Shown one piece after another: positions 11,380-21,466 of a stretch of 32,000 nucleotides of DNA. The position numbers were made by a program, and so were the translations under genes. This DNA comes from Cupriavidus necator (GTDB lineage: Bacteria > Pseudomonadota > Gammaproteobacteria > Burkholderiales > Burkholderiaceae), in contig NZ_CP066018.1 in the NCBI RefSeq assembly GCF_016127575.1, positions 1,050,001 through 1,082,000 of the forward strand, in the 5' to 3' direction. The notes beneath the pieces are model-generated. The model was not told where the DNA came from, searched no databases, and saw only the letters and a list, made by a program, of their open reading frames with translations. Within the stretch, counting starts at the first letter, position 1. Each line of letters begins with the position of its first letter.

Positions 11380-11985
11380 ATGACTGCCGCCCCCAACGCT
11401 CCCCTGCTCCGCACCGACCTGCCCACCGGCATCCTGCTGGCCGCAGGCTACGGCCGCCGCTTCGACGCCGCCGGCAAACGCAACAAGCTGCTGGAGGTGC
11501 TGCCCGGCGGCCGCTCCGTGGCCTGGCGCAGCGCCCGCACGCTGGCCGCGGCGCTGCCGGAATCGATCGCCGTCATTCGTCCGGGCAACCCGGCACTGGC
11601 GGAGGAACTGCGCCGCGGCGGCTGCCGCGTGCTGGAGTCGCCCGACGCCGAAGCCGGCATGGGCGCTGCCCTGCGTGCTGCCGTGGCCGCCACGCCCGAA
11701 GCGCGCGGCTGGGTGGTGGCGCTGGCGGACATGCCCTGGCTGCCGATGGAACTGATCCGGGCGGTGGCATTGACGATCACCGCGCCGGACACCATCGCCG
11801 CCCCTTGGCGCAACGGGCAACGTGGGCATCCGGTGGGTTTTGGCGCAGCCTGGCGCGAGGAATTGCTGAAGCTGGATGGGGATGAGGGCGCGCGGGCGTT
11901 GCTGAAGGACAAGCCTGTGACGCGGATCCTGACCGAGGATGAAGGGGCGTTTCGGGATATTGATACGCCCGGGGATCTGAAGTGA
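11380..11985 (+). CDS. MobA/MocA-like nucleotidyltransferase, probably a molybdenum cofactor cytidylyltransferase
   Basis: The motifs GILLAAGYGRRF (NTP-transferase P-loop-like) and VALADMPWL are present. It sits at the end of a Moco-enzyme cluster, and XDH/CODH-family bacterial enzymes typically use the cytidine dinucleotide form of Moco. Confidence 0.78.
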   Translation: MTAAPNAPLLRTDLPTGILLAAGYGRRFDAAGKRNKLLEVLPGGRSVAWRSARTLAAALPESIAVIRPGNPALAEELRRGGCRVLESPDAEAGMGAALRAAVAATPEARGWVVALADMPWLPMELIRAVALTITAPDTIAAPWRNGQRGHPVGFGAAWREELLKLDGDEGARALLKDKPVTRILTEDEGAFRDIDTPGDLK

Positions 11986-11997
11986 CCCCCACCAACC

Positions 11998-12348
11998 TCA
12001 CCCGATCCCCTCCGCCAGCTCGCTCGTCTTCACCGCCATGATGAAATCATTCCGGTGCAAGCCCTTGATCTTCTTGGTCCGCCACGACACCGTGGCATGC
12101 CCCCAGCCAAAGCTGATCTCGGGATGATGCCCCTGCGTCTCGGCCAGTTGCCCGACGCCGTTCACGAACGCCAGCGCCTGCGCGAAATTGCCGAAGGTGA
12201 AACGCCGTTCGATCCGCGTCGCGCTATCGACCAGCTCCCATCCCGGCGCCTGCTGCAATAGCATCTCGGCTTCAGCCGGCGTCAGCGGCGGCACGCCGCC
12301 ACGGCAAGGCGTGCACGATTGCGCTGCCAGGTCTTCGCTCATGGTCAT
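11998..12348 (-). CDS. phhB: Pterin-4a-carbinolamine dehydratase-like protein (COG2154, PhhB-like)
   Basis: The sequence is MTMSEDLAAQSCTPCRGGVPPLTPAEAE...FGNFAQALAFVNGVGQLAETQGHHPEISFGWGHATVSWRTKKIKGLHRNDFIMA. GGGGAG is better spaced for the second ATG at 12342. Confidence 0.85.
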   Translation of the reverse strand: MTMSEDLAAQSCTPCRGGVPPLTPAEAEMLLQQAPGWELVDSATRIERRFTFGNFAQALAFVNGVGQLAETQGHHPEISFGWGHATVSWRTKKIKGLHRNDFIMAVKTSELAEGIG

Positions 12349-12377
12349 GCTCCCCGACCGGAAGAACAGCCCGCGCC

Positions 12378-13769
<1,392 letters not shown>

Positions 13770-13817
13770 ATGTTGTTCTTGGAGTCCTCTGTTCTGGTTG
13801 CCGTGCGCGCAGGCGGT

Positions 13818-15683
13818 TCAGATCACCGTGTCCCACGGCGCCGACAGCCGCATCGCGCCATTGATCAGCCCGACCATCGAATACGTCTGCGGGAAATTGC
13901 CCCACATCTCGCCGGTCACCGGATGGGTATCCTCGGACAGCAGCCCCAGCGGATTGCGCGAGGCCAGCATCGACTCGAAAATCTCGCGCGCTTCCTCGCG
14001 CCGGCCGATGCGCGCAAGGGCATCGATGCGCCAGAACGTGCAGATGTTGAACGCGGTCTCGGGCTTGCCGAAATCGTCGGGCGCCTCGTAGCGGCGCATA
14101 TAGGGTCCGTCGCACAGCGATGCCTCCAGCGCCTTGACGGTGGCGATGAAGCGCGGATCGCGCGGCTCGATGAAATTGACTTCGGCCATCAGCAGCACGC
14201 TGGCATCCAGCTCGCGCCCGCCGAAGCTCTCGGCGAAGGCCTGGCGCTCCTCGCTCCAGGATTCGGCCAGAATGCGCTCCTTCATGCGCTCGGCATGGTC
14301 GTGCCAGTAGGCGGCACGCGCCTGCAGCTGGAGCTTGTCGGCAACCTTGGCCAGGCGGTCGCAGGCGGCCCAGCTCATCAGCGCCGACGACGTATGCACG
14401 CGCGCCCGCGTGCGCAGCTCCCACATGCCGGCATCGGGCGTGCCGAACACTTTCACTGCCTGTTCGCCGACCTCTTCCAGCCGGCGGAATTCAGCGGGGC
14501 CGCCGCGGTGCAGCAGCCGGTGATCATGGAAGGCCTGGGCCGCGCCCAGCACCACGTTGCCGTAGACATCGTGCTGGAAGTGCTCCTGCGCCTGGTTGCC
14601 CACGCGCACCGGGCCCATGCCGCGGTAGCCCGGCAGATGGTCGAGCATGCTTTCAGGCAGCTCGCGCTCCAGGCCGATGCCGTACAGCGGCTGGATATGT
14701 CCGTCCTGCGACTGCATCACCACGTTGGACAGCCAGCGCAGGTAATCCTCCATGGTGCCGACCTCGGACAGGCTGTTGAGCGCGCGCACCACGAAGAAGG
14801 CGTCTCGCAGCCAGCAGAAGCGGTAGTCCCAGTTGCGGCCGCTGCCCGGCGCCTCGGGGATGCTGGTGGTCATCGCCGCGACGATGGCGCCGGTCTCTTC
14901 GAACAGCGACATCTTCAGCGTGATGGCCGCGCGGATCACCGCGTCCTGCCATTCGCGCGGCACCGCCAGGCGGCGGCTCCACAGGCGCCAGTAGGCGGTG
15001 GTCTCCTGCTCGAAGTCGCGCGCGGTTTCTTCCACGCCGTGCGCGAGGGTCTCGTCCGGGCCGAGGATGAAGTTGTACCCGCGCGTGACCAGGAACGGCG
15101 TATGCGACAGCACATACGCCATCGGCGCGTCGGTGGTCATGCGCAGGGTCATGTCGTCGCCGATATAGCGCACATGGCTGCTGCCGCGCGTCGTCTGCGG
15201 CGCCTTGCGGCCCCATTCGAAGCGCGGCGCCACCACCACGCGCACGCGCGGCGCGCCGCGCACCGGGCGGATGCGCCGGACCAGCGTGGTCGGGCGGAAA
15301 TAGCGCCCCAGCCGGAAGAAGCGCGGCGCAAAGTCGGTGATCTCCAGGCAGTTGCCGTGGATGTCCGTCAGCCGCGTGCGCAGCACCGCGGTATTGGGCT
15401 CGTACCATTGCCGCGACGACTGGAAGTCCTCGATCTCGATCGAGAAATGGCCGGCGTTCTCGCTCGGGTCCAGCAGGGCGTTGAACACCGGGTCGCCATC
15501 GAAGCGCGGCAGGCACGACCAGACAATGCGCGCGCGGCAGTCCACCAGCGCAGAGATGGCGCAGTTGCCGATCATGCCAAGCGACAACGACGGAATGGCA
15601 AAGCGGCTGCCGCCGTCCACGGTCTTGTGCACGCCTTCGGTCGGCGGCTGGCCCGGTTCGCTCGGGCTGCTCGGATTGGTCAC
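13818..15683 (-). CDS. Glycoside hydrolase family 15 protein (annotated-type glucoamylase; in this context possibly a trehalase)
   Basis: GH15 features are GMIGNCAISALVDCRARIVWSCLPRFDGDPVFNALL, WDYRFCWLRDAFFVVRAL and a C-terminal (alpha/alpha)6-like region. The start is reassigned to GTG 15683, which has GGGAGG 8 nt upstream and lies 13 nt after the otsB stop. The track start at 15899 would overlap otsB by about 200 nt. Confidence 0.88.
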   Translation of the reverse strand: MTNPSSPSEPGQPPTEGVHKTVDGGSRFAIPSLSLGMIGNCAISALVDCRARIVWSCLPRFDGDPVFNALLDPSENAGHFSIEIEDFQSSRQWYEPNTAVLRTRLTDIHGNCLEITDFAPRFFRLGRYFRPTTLVRRIRPVRGAPRVRVVVAPRFEWGRKAPQTTRGSSHVRYIGDDMTLRMTTDAPMAYVLSHTPFLVTRGYNFILGPDETLAHGVEETARDFEQETTAYWRLWSRRLAVPREWQDAVIRAAITLKMSLFEETGAIVAAMTTSIPEAPGSGRNWDYRFCWLRDAFFVVRALNSLSEVGTMEDYLRWLSNVVMQSQDGHIQPLYGIGLERELPESMLDHLPGYRGMGPVRVGNQAQEHFQHDVYGNVVLGAAQAFHDHRLLHRGGPAEFRRLEEVGEQAVKVFGTPDAGMWELRTRARVHTSSALMSWAACDRLAKVADKLQLQARAAYWHDHAERMKERILAESWSEERQAFAESFGGRELDASVLLMAEVNFIEPRDPRFIATVKALEASLCDGPYMRRYEAPDDFGKPETAFNICTFWRIDALARIGRREEAREIFESMLASRNPLGLLSEDTHPVTGEMWGNFPQTYSMVGLINGAMRLSAPWDTVI

Positions 15684-15696
15684 AGCGATACCTCCC

Positions 15697-16500
15697 TCAG
15701 GATGTCGTTGTGCGCCGGGCCGGGCCTGGCTCGGCCTCATTCGGCACGGCGCGCGGGTGGCCGCCGGCGCCTTCCAGCGCGCGGGCCGATCGGTGCAGCC
15801 AGCTGCGCAGCGCGGCCGGCCCGGGCACGGTGACGCTGGCCACGGTCTCGCGCTGGCCCACCAGCACGCCCAGCCCGCCGAGCTTGCGCACGGCGGCAAA
15901 GCCCGGCTCGTCGGTCAGGTCGTCGCCGGCAAAAAGCGGCATGCGCTCGGCGAACGGCGCGGATTTCATGAATGCGGCAATGGCGTCGCCCTTGTCGACG
16001 CCGGCCGGCTTGATCTCGACCACCATCTTGCCGGGCAGCGCTTCCAGTCCGACGGCATGGCGCAGCACCTCGGTGACCGCGGCATCGACCACGCCGGCAA
16101 GTTCAGGCGCCTGGCGGTAGTGGATGGCGACGGCGACGGACTTGCGCTCCAGCCGCAGCGCGGGATAGGCGCGCACCAGCGCTTCCAGGTGGGGGATCAG
16201 CAGTTCCAGGCCGGGGGCGGCGGAAGTCTTGGACACCATGCCGCCGTCGGTGCGGAATTCAGCACCATGCACGCCGGCCGCCGGCAGCCGCAGCGGCTGC
16301 AGGAAGTGGTCGAGTTCAGAGATCGGCCGCCCGGAGATGACGGCCAGCGCGCCGTCCAGACGCTGGAACAGCGTGTGCAGCGTGCCGACCAGTTCGGGTT
16401 CGACCTGCACCAGTTCCGGGCGCGGGGCCAGGTCGGCCAGGGTGCCGTCGAAGTCGAGAAACAGGGCGGTATTAGATTCGATTAGCGGTAGTTGTGGCAT
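15697..16500 (-). CDS. otsB: Trehalose-6-phosphate phosphatase (HAD superfamily)
   Basis: The internal ATG at 16500 gives MPQLPLIESNTALFLDFDGTLADLAP... (HAD motif I DxDGT), then ISGRP and the C-terminal GDDLTDE. The 80 upstream codons of the track ORF are Arg-rich junk. Confidence 0.9.
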   Translation of the reverse strand: MPQLPLIESNTALFLDFDGTLADLAPRPELVQVEPELVGTLHTLFQRLDGALAVISGRPISELDHFLQPLRLPAAGVHGAEFRTDGGMVSKTSAAPGLELLIPHLEALVRAYPALRLERKSVAVAIHYRQAPELAGVVDAAVTEVLRHAVGLEALPGKMVVEIKPAGVDKGDAIAAFMKSAPFAERMPLFAGDDLTDEPGFAAVRKLGGLGVLVGQRETVASVTVPGPAALRSWLHRSARALEGAGGHPRAVPNEAEPGPARRTTTS

Positions 16501-16811
16501 CGCGTTACACCGTAACACGTCGTTTTGACCGGCGTCCACCGGACGCCGTCCTACATGGCGCGCACGCAACCTGGCCTCGACGCAAGTCCAGGGCCAGCGT
16601 CTGCGGCCCCCGCTGCGCCCTGGCTCGCCGTGCCCGCATGAGTGCATCGTCATCCACACGAAGAGTGACCTCCGCGCGGCCCGGGCCGCCCGTCGCGGGC
16701 GGCGGGAGCGTCGCCCGGGCCGGGTGGAAGTCGCCGCCATCCTTTATCATTGACGGTTTCCGCCAGAATTTCCGCCTTTTTTTGCGCCGCCCCACGGCCC
16801 GCCCCGAGACC

Positions 16812-18350
16812 ATGACCCGCACGTCCGCCGCCCGACCCGATTACCTGAAGAAGATCCTGACCGCCAAGGTCTACGACGTGGCGCAGGAGACCGAACTGAC
16901 CTACGCGCACCAATTGTCGGCGCGCACCGGCAATTCGGTCTGGTTCAAGCGCGAGGACACCCAGCCGGTCTTCTCCTTCAAGCTGCGCGGCGCATACAAC
17001 AAGATGGCCTCGCTGACGCCGGAAGAGCTCAGGCGCGGCGTGATCGCCGCCTCGGCCGGCAACCACGCGCAGGGCGTGGCGCTGTCCGCGGCGCGCCTGC
17101 AGTGCAAGGCCATCATCGCCATGCCGGTCACCACGCCGCAGGTGAAGATCGACGCCGTGCGCGAACGCGGCGGCCAGTGGGTGGAAATCGTGCTGCACGG
17201 CGAGTCCTACAGCGACGCCTACAACCACGCCGCGGAGCTGGAGAAGAAGCACAAGCTGACCTTCATCCATCCGTTCGACGATCCCGAGGTCATCGCCGGC
17301 CAGGGCACCATCGCCATGGAGATCCTGCGCCAGCACCCGGGCCCGATCCATGCCGTGTTCGTCGCCATCGGCGGCGGCGGGCTGATCTCTGGCATCGCCT
17401 CGTACATCAAGGCGGTGCGCCCCGAGATCAAGGTGATCGGCGTGCAGACGGTGGACTCTGACGCGATGAAGCGCTCGGTCGACGCCGGCAAGCGCGTCGA
17501 GCTGAAGGAAGTGGGGCTGTTCTCGGACGGCACCGCGGTCAAGCTGGTCGGCAAGGAGACCTTCCGCATCACGCGCGAGCTGGTCGACGACATCATCCTG
17601 GTGGATACCGACGCCATCTGCGCGGGCCTGAAGGACGTGTTCCAGGACACCCGCAGCATCCTGGAGCCGGCCGGCGCGCTGGCCGTGGCAGGCCTGAAGG
17701 CCTATGCCGAGCGCGAGAAGCTCAAGGGCCAGCACCTGGTGGCGATCGCCTGCGGCGCCAACATGAACTTCGACCGCCTGCGCTTTGTCGCCGAGCGCGC
17801 CGAGGTGGGCGAGGCGCGCGAAGCCGTGTTCGCCGTGACCATCCCGGAAGAGCGCGGCAGTTTCAAGCGCTTCTGCGAGCTGGTGGGCACGCGCAGCGTG
17901 ACCGAGTTCAACTACCGCATCGCGGATACCAGCATGGCGCATATCTTCGTTGGCGTGCAGATCGCCAGCCGCGCCGAGAATGACAAGATCGCGGCCAGCT
18001 TCCGCAAGCACGGCTTCGACACGCTGGACCTGTCCAACGACGAGCTGGCCAAGCAGCATATCCGCTACATGGTGGGCGGGCGCTCGGCGCTGGCGCATGA
18101 CGAGTTGCTGTACCGCTTCGAGTTCCCCGAGCGGCCGGGCGCGCTGATGCGGTTCCTGTCCAGCATGAGCCCGAACTGGAATATCAGCCTGTTCCACTAC
18201 CGCAACCAGGGCGCGGATACCTCCAACATCCTCGTCGGCATCCAGGTGCCGAAGAACGAGAAGCGCGCCTTCCGCGCCTTCCTTTCGACGCTGGGTTACG
18301 TACACTGGGACGAGACCGACAACCCGGTGTACAAGCTGTTCCTGTCCTGA
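16812..18350 (+). CDS. ilvA: Biosynthetic threonine ammonia-lyase (threonine dehydratase), 512 aa with tandem C-terminal regulatory domains
   Basis: [29 protein letters not shown]...[19 protein letters not shown] contains the PLP lysine motif, and GGGGLISG is present. The start is the internal ATG of track ORF 16494, consistent with the position of the E. coli IlvA N-terminus. Confidence 0.95.
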   Translation: MTRTSAARPDYLKKILTAKVYDVAQETELTYAHQLSARTGNSVWFKREDTQPVFSFKLRGAYNKMASLTPEELRRGVIAASAGNHAQGVALSAARLQCKAIIAMPVTTPQVKIDAVRERGGQWVEIVLHGESYSDAYNHAAELEKKHKLTFIHPFDDPEVIAGQGTIAMEILRQHPGPIHAVFVAIGGGGLISGIASYIKAVRPEIKVIGVQTVDSDAMKRSVDAGKRVELKEVGLFSDGTAVKLVGKETFRITRELVDDIILVDTDAICAGLKDVFQDTRSILEPAGALAVAGLKAYAEREKLKGQHLVAIACGANMNFDRLRFVAERAEVGEAREAVFAVTIPEERGSFKRFCELVGTRSVTEFNYRIADTSMAHIFVGVQIASRAENDKIAASFRKHGFDTLDLSNDELAKQHIRYMVGGRSALAHDELLYRFEFPERPGALMRFLSSMSPNWNISLFHYRNQGADTSNILVGIQVPKNEKRAFRAFLSTLGYVHWDETDNPVYKLFLS

Positions 18351-18367
18351 CACCTGCTGAGCGCCCC

Positions 18368-19201
18368 ATGAGCCTCCCTGAACATTCGCCGCTGGGCAAG
18401 CCCTCGGCCTACAAGACCGAATACGACGCCTCGCTGCTGTTCCCGATCCCGCGCCAGCCCAAGCGCACCGAGATCGGCCTGCCCGAAGGCAAGCCGGTGC
18501 CATTCTTCGGCGTCGATATCTGGAATGCGTACGAGCTGTCGTGGCTGAACCTGAAGGGCAAGCCGCAGGTGGCGCTGGCCAGCTTCATCATCCCGTCGGA
18601 CACGCCCAATATCATCGAGTCCAAGTCGTTCAAGCTGTACCTGAACTCGTTCAACCAGACCAGGATTGCTTCACCCGAGGCGCTGCAGCAGCTGCTGCAC
18701 CACGACCTGTCCGAAGCCACCGGCGGCACCGTGCAGGTGCGGCTGGTGACTGAAGCGGACCTGGGCAAGCAGAAGATGGGCGAGCTCGATGGCCTGCTGC
18801 TGGACCGGCTCGACATCGAGGTGGACCGCTATGAGCCCGCGCCCGAGCTGCTCTCTGCCGACCAGCAAGAATCGCCGGTGGAGGAAACGCTGGTGTCGCA
18901 TTTGCTGAAGTCCAACTGCCTGGTCACCGGCCAGCCGGACTGGGGCAGCGTGCAGATCCGCTACGTGGGTGCGCCGATCAACCAGGAAGGGTTGCTCAAG
19001 TACCTGATCTCGTTCCGCAACCACAACGAGTTCCACGAGCAGTGCGTGGAGCGGATCTTCATGGACGTGATGCGCGAGTGCAAGCCGGTCAAGCTGGCGG
19101 TGTATGCGCGCTACACGCGCCGCGGCGGGCTCGATATCAACCCGTTCCGCACCAACTTCAATACGGCATGGCCGGATAACAAGCGCAACGCGCGGCAATG
19201 A
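18368..19201 (+). CDS. queF: NADPH-dependent 7-cyano-7-deazaguanine (preQ0) reductase, two-domain type
   Basis: The QueF motif [14 protein letters not shown] is present, along with the catalytic Cys context [18 protein letters not shown]. At 277 aa it resembles E. coli YqcD/QueF. Confidence 0.93.
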   Translation: MSLPEHSPLGKPSAYKTEYDASLLFPIPRQPKRTEIGLPEGKPVPFFGVDIWNAYELSWLNLKGKPQVALASFIIPSDTPNIIESKSFKLYLNSFNQTRIASPEALQQLLHHDLSEATGGTVQVRLVTEADLGKQKMGELDGLLLDRLDIEVDRYEPAPELLSADQQESPVEETLVSHLLKSNCLVTGQPDWGSVQIRYVGAPINQEGLLKYLISFRNHNEFHEQCVERIFMDVMRECKPVKLAVYARYTRRGGLDINPFRTNFNTAWPDNKRNARQ

Positions 19202-19216
19202 GGCAGGCGGGGAGGA

Positions 19217-20587
19217 TCAGAACTCCCCGTGCAGGCGCACCCCGTAGAACTTCGCCGGCCCGCGGTCGCGGTTGTAGCCGGGGTTGCGCACGTACTGGAA
19301 GTCCGGGCTGATGCTCAGGTACTTCACCGGCTGGAAGCTGTAGTAGATCTCCAGGATCTGCTCGGGCCCGTAGCGCAGCGCACCGTCGCCCAGGAAGGCG
19401 CCCTGCCCACCCGCGGCCAGGTAGTTGCGGTGGTCTGGGCCCAGCATGTTGATCGCCACCGCCACGCCCAGCGCATCGCGCGCCCGTCCCCACGCATCGC
19501 CCTTCAGCACGCCGCCCGCCGACACCTGGCGGCCGATCTCCGTGAAGGCGTAGGTCTCGGTCTTGTCGTCGGACAGGCTGGCGCGCGCGAACATCCCCAG
19601 TGAATCGGTGACCTGCTGCAGCAGTGTCACGCCCACGCCGCTCTTGGCGTGCTCGCGGCGCACGTCGGCGACGTCCGGGGTGGTGTTGTTGGCCATGCCG
19701 AAGCCGATGGCATCGCTGAACGCGCCCATGCGCGCCTTGTTGCGGAACCACAGCAGCCGCGCGGTGCCGGGCCGGCCAGCCAGCTGGTAGCGCTTCTCCA
19801 CTTCGATGATGTCGCCGTAGTGCTCGAACATGCGGGTGTCGAGCCGCAGCCCGTTGGATTCCAGCGGCTGCAGGAAGCGCCCGATGCGCGCCGACCAGCC
19901 GTCGCCGATGTATTCCAGCGACAGGCCCCAGCTATAGCCGCGTGCATCGGCCGGATAGTCGAAGGCGCCATGCGTCATGAACGACCAGTTCATGAATTGC
20001 GTGCGCGGGTCCGAGCCGAACTCGTTCTGGTCGAAGACATCCAGCACGCTGAAGTTGCCCGCTGTCAGCACCACGCGCTGCTGATCGACGGTGCGCCCAA
20101 ACTGGTTGAAATCCGCTTCCAGCGCTTCGCTGCCGCCGCCCAGGCCCCAGGTCTGCCGCACGAACGCGCGCGCCCGGTAGAACACCGGGTTGGTGCTGGC
20201 GGCCTTGCCCAGTTCTCCGTTGGACAAGCCGCCCAGGCCGTGCAGGCCGGAAAACGGCACGCCTTGCGTGGCTTCCGGATTGAAGTGGAACTCCGCGCCT
20301 GGCCACAGCTTCAGTCCCAGATCCAGCGTCGCACTGAACGAGTAGCTCTTGGCCCGTTCGGTACCCAGGCTGTTGGGGCCGGAGTAGGCCGCGCCGAATG
20401 CTGGCTTGCGCTGCCAGATGTAGGTGCTCTGGCCGTGAAAGGCAAACGGGCTCTCCGCTTCAGCCGGGCCTTGCACCGGCTCCGCTTGCTGCGCCATCGC
20501 TGGCAGGCACGCACAACAGGCCAGCGCTGCCAGCACACGACGAAAACGGATACGAACGGGAGCGCTGGCAAGTGGCGGAAACGGCAT
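19217..20587 (-). CDS. OprB-family carbohydrate-selective porin
   Basis: Starting from the ATG at 20587 there is a signal peptide, RRVLAALACCACLPAMA/QQ. OprB-like segments are FHFNPE, DPRTQFMNWSF and the C-terminal aromatic end LHGEF. The track start at 20665 would add 26 residues before the signal peptide, so the start is uncertain. Confidence 0.8.
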   Translation of the reverse strand: MPFPPLASAPVRIRFRRVLAALACCACLPAMAQQAEPVQGPAEAESPFAFHGQSTYIWQRKPAFGAAYSGPNSLGTERAKSYSFSATLDLGLKLWPGAEFHFNPEATQGVPFSGLHGLGGLSNGELGKAASTNPVFYRARAFVRQTWGLGGGSEALEADFNQFGRTVDQQRVVLTAGNFSVLDVFDQNEFGSDPRTQFMNWSFMTHGAFDYPADARGYSWGLSLEYIGDGWSARIGRFLQPLESNGLRLDTRMFEHYGDIIEVEKRYQLAGRPGTARLLWFRNKARMGAFSDAIGFGMANNTTPDVADVRREHAKSGVGVTLLQQVTDSLGMFARASLSDDKTETYAFTEIGRQVSAGGVLKGDAWGRARDALGVAVAINMLGPDHRNYLAAGGQGAFLGDGALRYGPEQILEIYYSFQPVKYLSISPDFQYVRNPGYNRDRGPAKFYGVRLHGEF

Positions 20588-20712
20588 CGGCAGAGGCGAT
20601 CGGCAAGGGATGTGCCGGAGGCGGCGCGCTCCGGCGCCCGCAGCATAGCCAAGCACCCATGACATGTCTACCTGCCAAAGGGTGTGCCGGAAAGCCGACG
20701 TTGTAACCGCCC

Positions 20713-20742
20713 TTGAATTAATTAACGCAAAAATTAATATTC
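20713..20742 (+). promoter_or_regulatory. Candidate sigma70-type promoter overlapping twin ATTAAT palindromes, a putative TetR operator, in the oprB/tetR divergent spacer
   Basis: TTGAAT (20713-18), a 16-nt spacer, then TAATAT (20735-40). The same stretch contains AATTAATT (20716-23, including TTAATTAA) and AATTAAT (20732-38). It is the only strongly AT-rich patch in a GC-rich spacer, about 30 nt upstream of the tetR ATG. There is no experimental support. Confidence 0.4.
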
Positions 20743-20770
20743 ACTGAAGACCGCTTGCATCCATGCGCCC

Positions 20771-21466
20771 ATGCCGCGCCCACCCGCCAAACCGAAACCC
20801 TCCGCCCGCCGCAGCCCCGGTCGCCCTGCGGCCGGCCAGCCCGGCCAGCGCGAACGCATCCTCGATGCGGCCACCGAGCTGTTCTCGCGCCAGGGCGTGG
20901 CCGGCACCCCGGTCAAGGCGATTGCCACCCAGGCCGGCGTGACGCCGGCGCTGGTCCATTACTACTTCAGCGACCGCGAATTGCTGCTGGACGCCGTGGT
21001 CGAGGAAAAGCTGCAGCCGCTGGTGGCCGGCGTCTTCGCTGCCGCCGGCGATGCCGAGCCGATGGCCATGCTGATCGGCATCGCCGGCCAGCTGATCCGC
21101 ACCGCGGCCGCCACGCCCTGGTTCCCCGGGCTGTGGATCCGCGAAGTCGCCAGCGCCGAAGGCGCCCTGCGCGAGCGCGTGCTGGACCGCTTCGCGCTGC
21201 AGCGCGCCGGCGCACTGAGCGCGCCGCTGGCGGCCGCGATCGCGCGCGGGCAGCTCAACAGCGGCCTGGAGCCGGCGCTGGTGATGCCGTCGCTGATCGG
21301 CCTGACGCTGCTGCCGCTGGCCACCACCCATATCTGGCGCCGGCTGCCCGGCGGCGAAGCGGTCGATACCGACACCCTGGTGCGCCACGTATCCGCGCTG
21401 CTGACGCACGGGCTGGCACCGGCGCCCGATGCCGGCAAGTCCAGGCTTTCTCCGGAGTCATCATGA
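20771..21466 (+). CDS. TetR/AcrR-family transcriptional regulator
   Basis: The HTH region is RERILDAATELFSRQGVAGTPVKAIATQAGVTPALVHYYFSDRE. The stop overlaps the next start (ATGA at 21463-66). Confidence 0.88.
   Translation: MPRPPAKPKPSARRSPGRPAAGQPGQRERILDAATELFSRQGVAGTPVKAIATQAGVTPALVHYYFSDRELLLDAVVEEKLQPLVAGVFAAAGDAEPMAMLIGIAGQLIRTAAATPWFPGLWIREVASAEGALRERVLDRFALQRAGALSAPLAAAIARGQLNSGLEPALVMPSLIGLTLLPLATTHIWRRLPGGEAVDTDTLVRHVSALLTHGLAPAPDAGKSRLSPESS

Noticed and set aside
16777-16783. T7 run upstream of ilvA, considered as an intrinsic terminator or attenuator tail
   Set aside because: The preceding sequence is a direct repeat (TTTCCGCC x2), not an inverted repeat. No stem-loop abuts the T-tract, and no leader peptide rich in Ile/Val/Thr codons is evident.
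20716-20725. TTAATTAA octamer and its AT-rich patch, considered as an insertion scar or mobile-element end
   Set aside because: There are no flanking direct repeats, no transposase or integrase, and no second terminal copy in the window. Its location in a divergent promoter region fits an operator or promoter far better.
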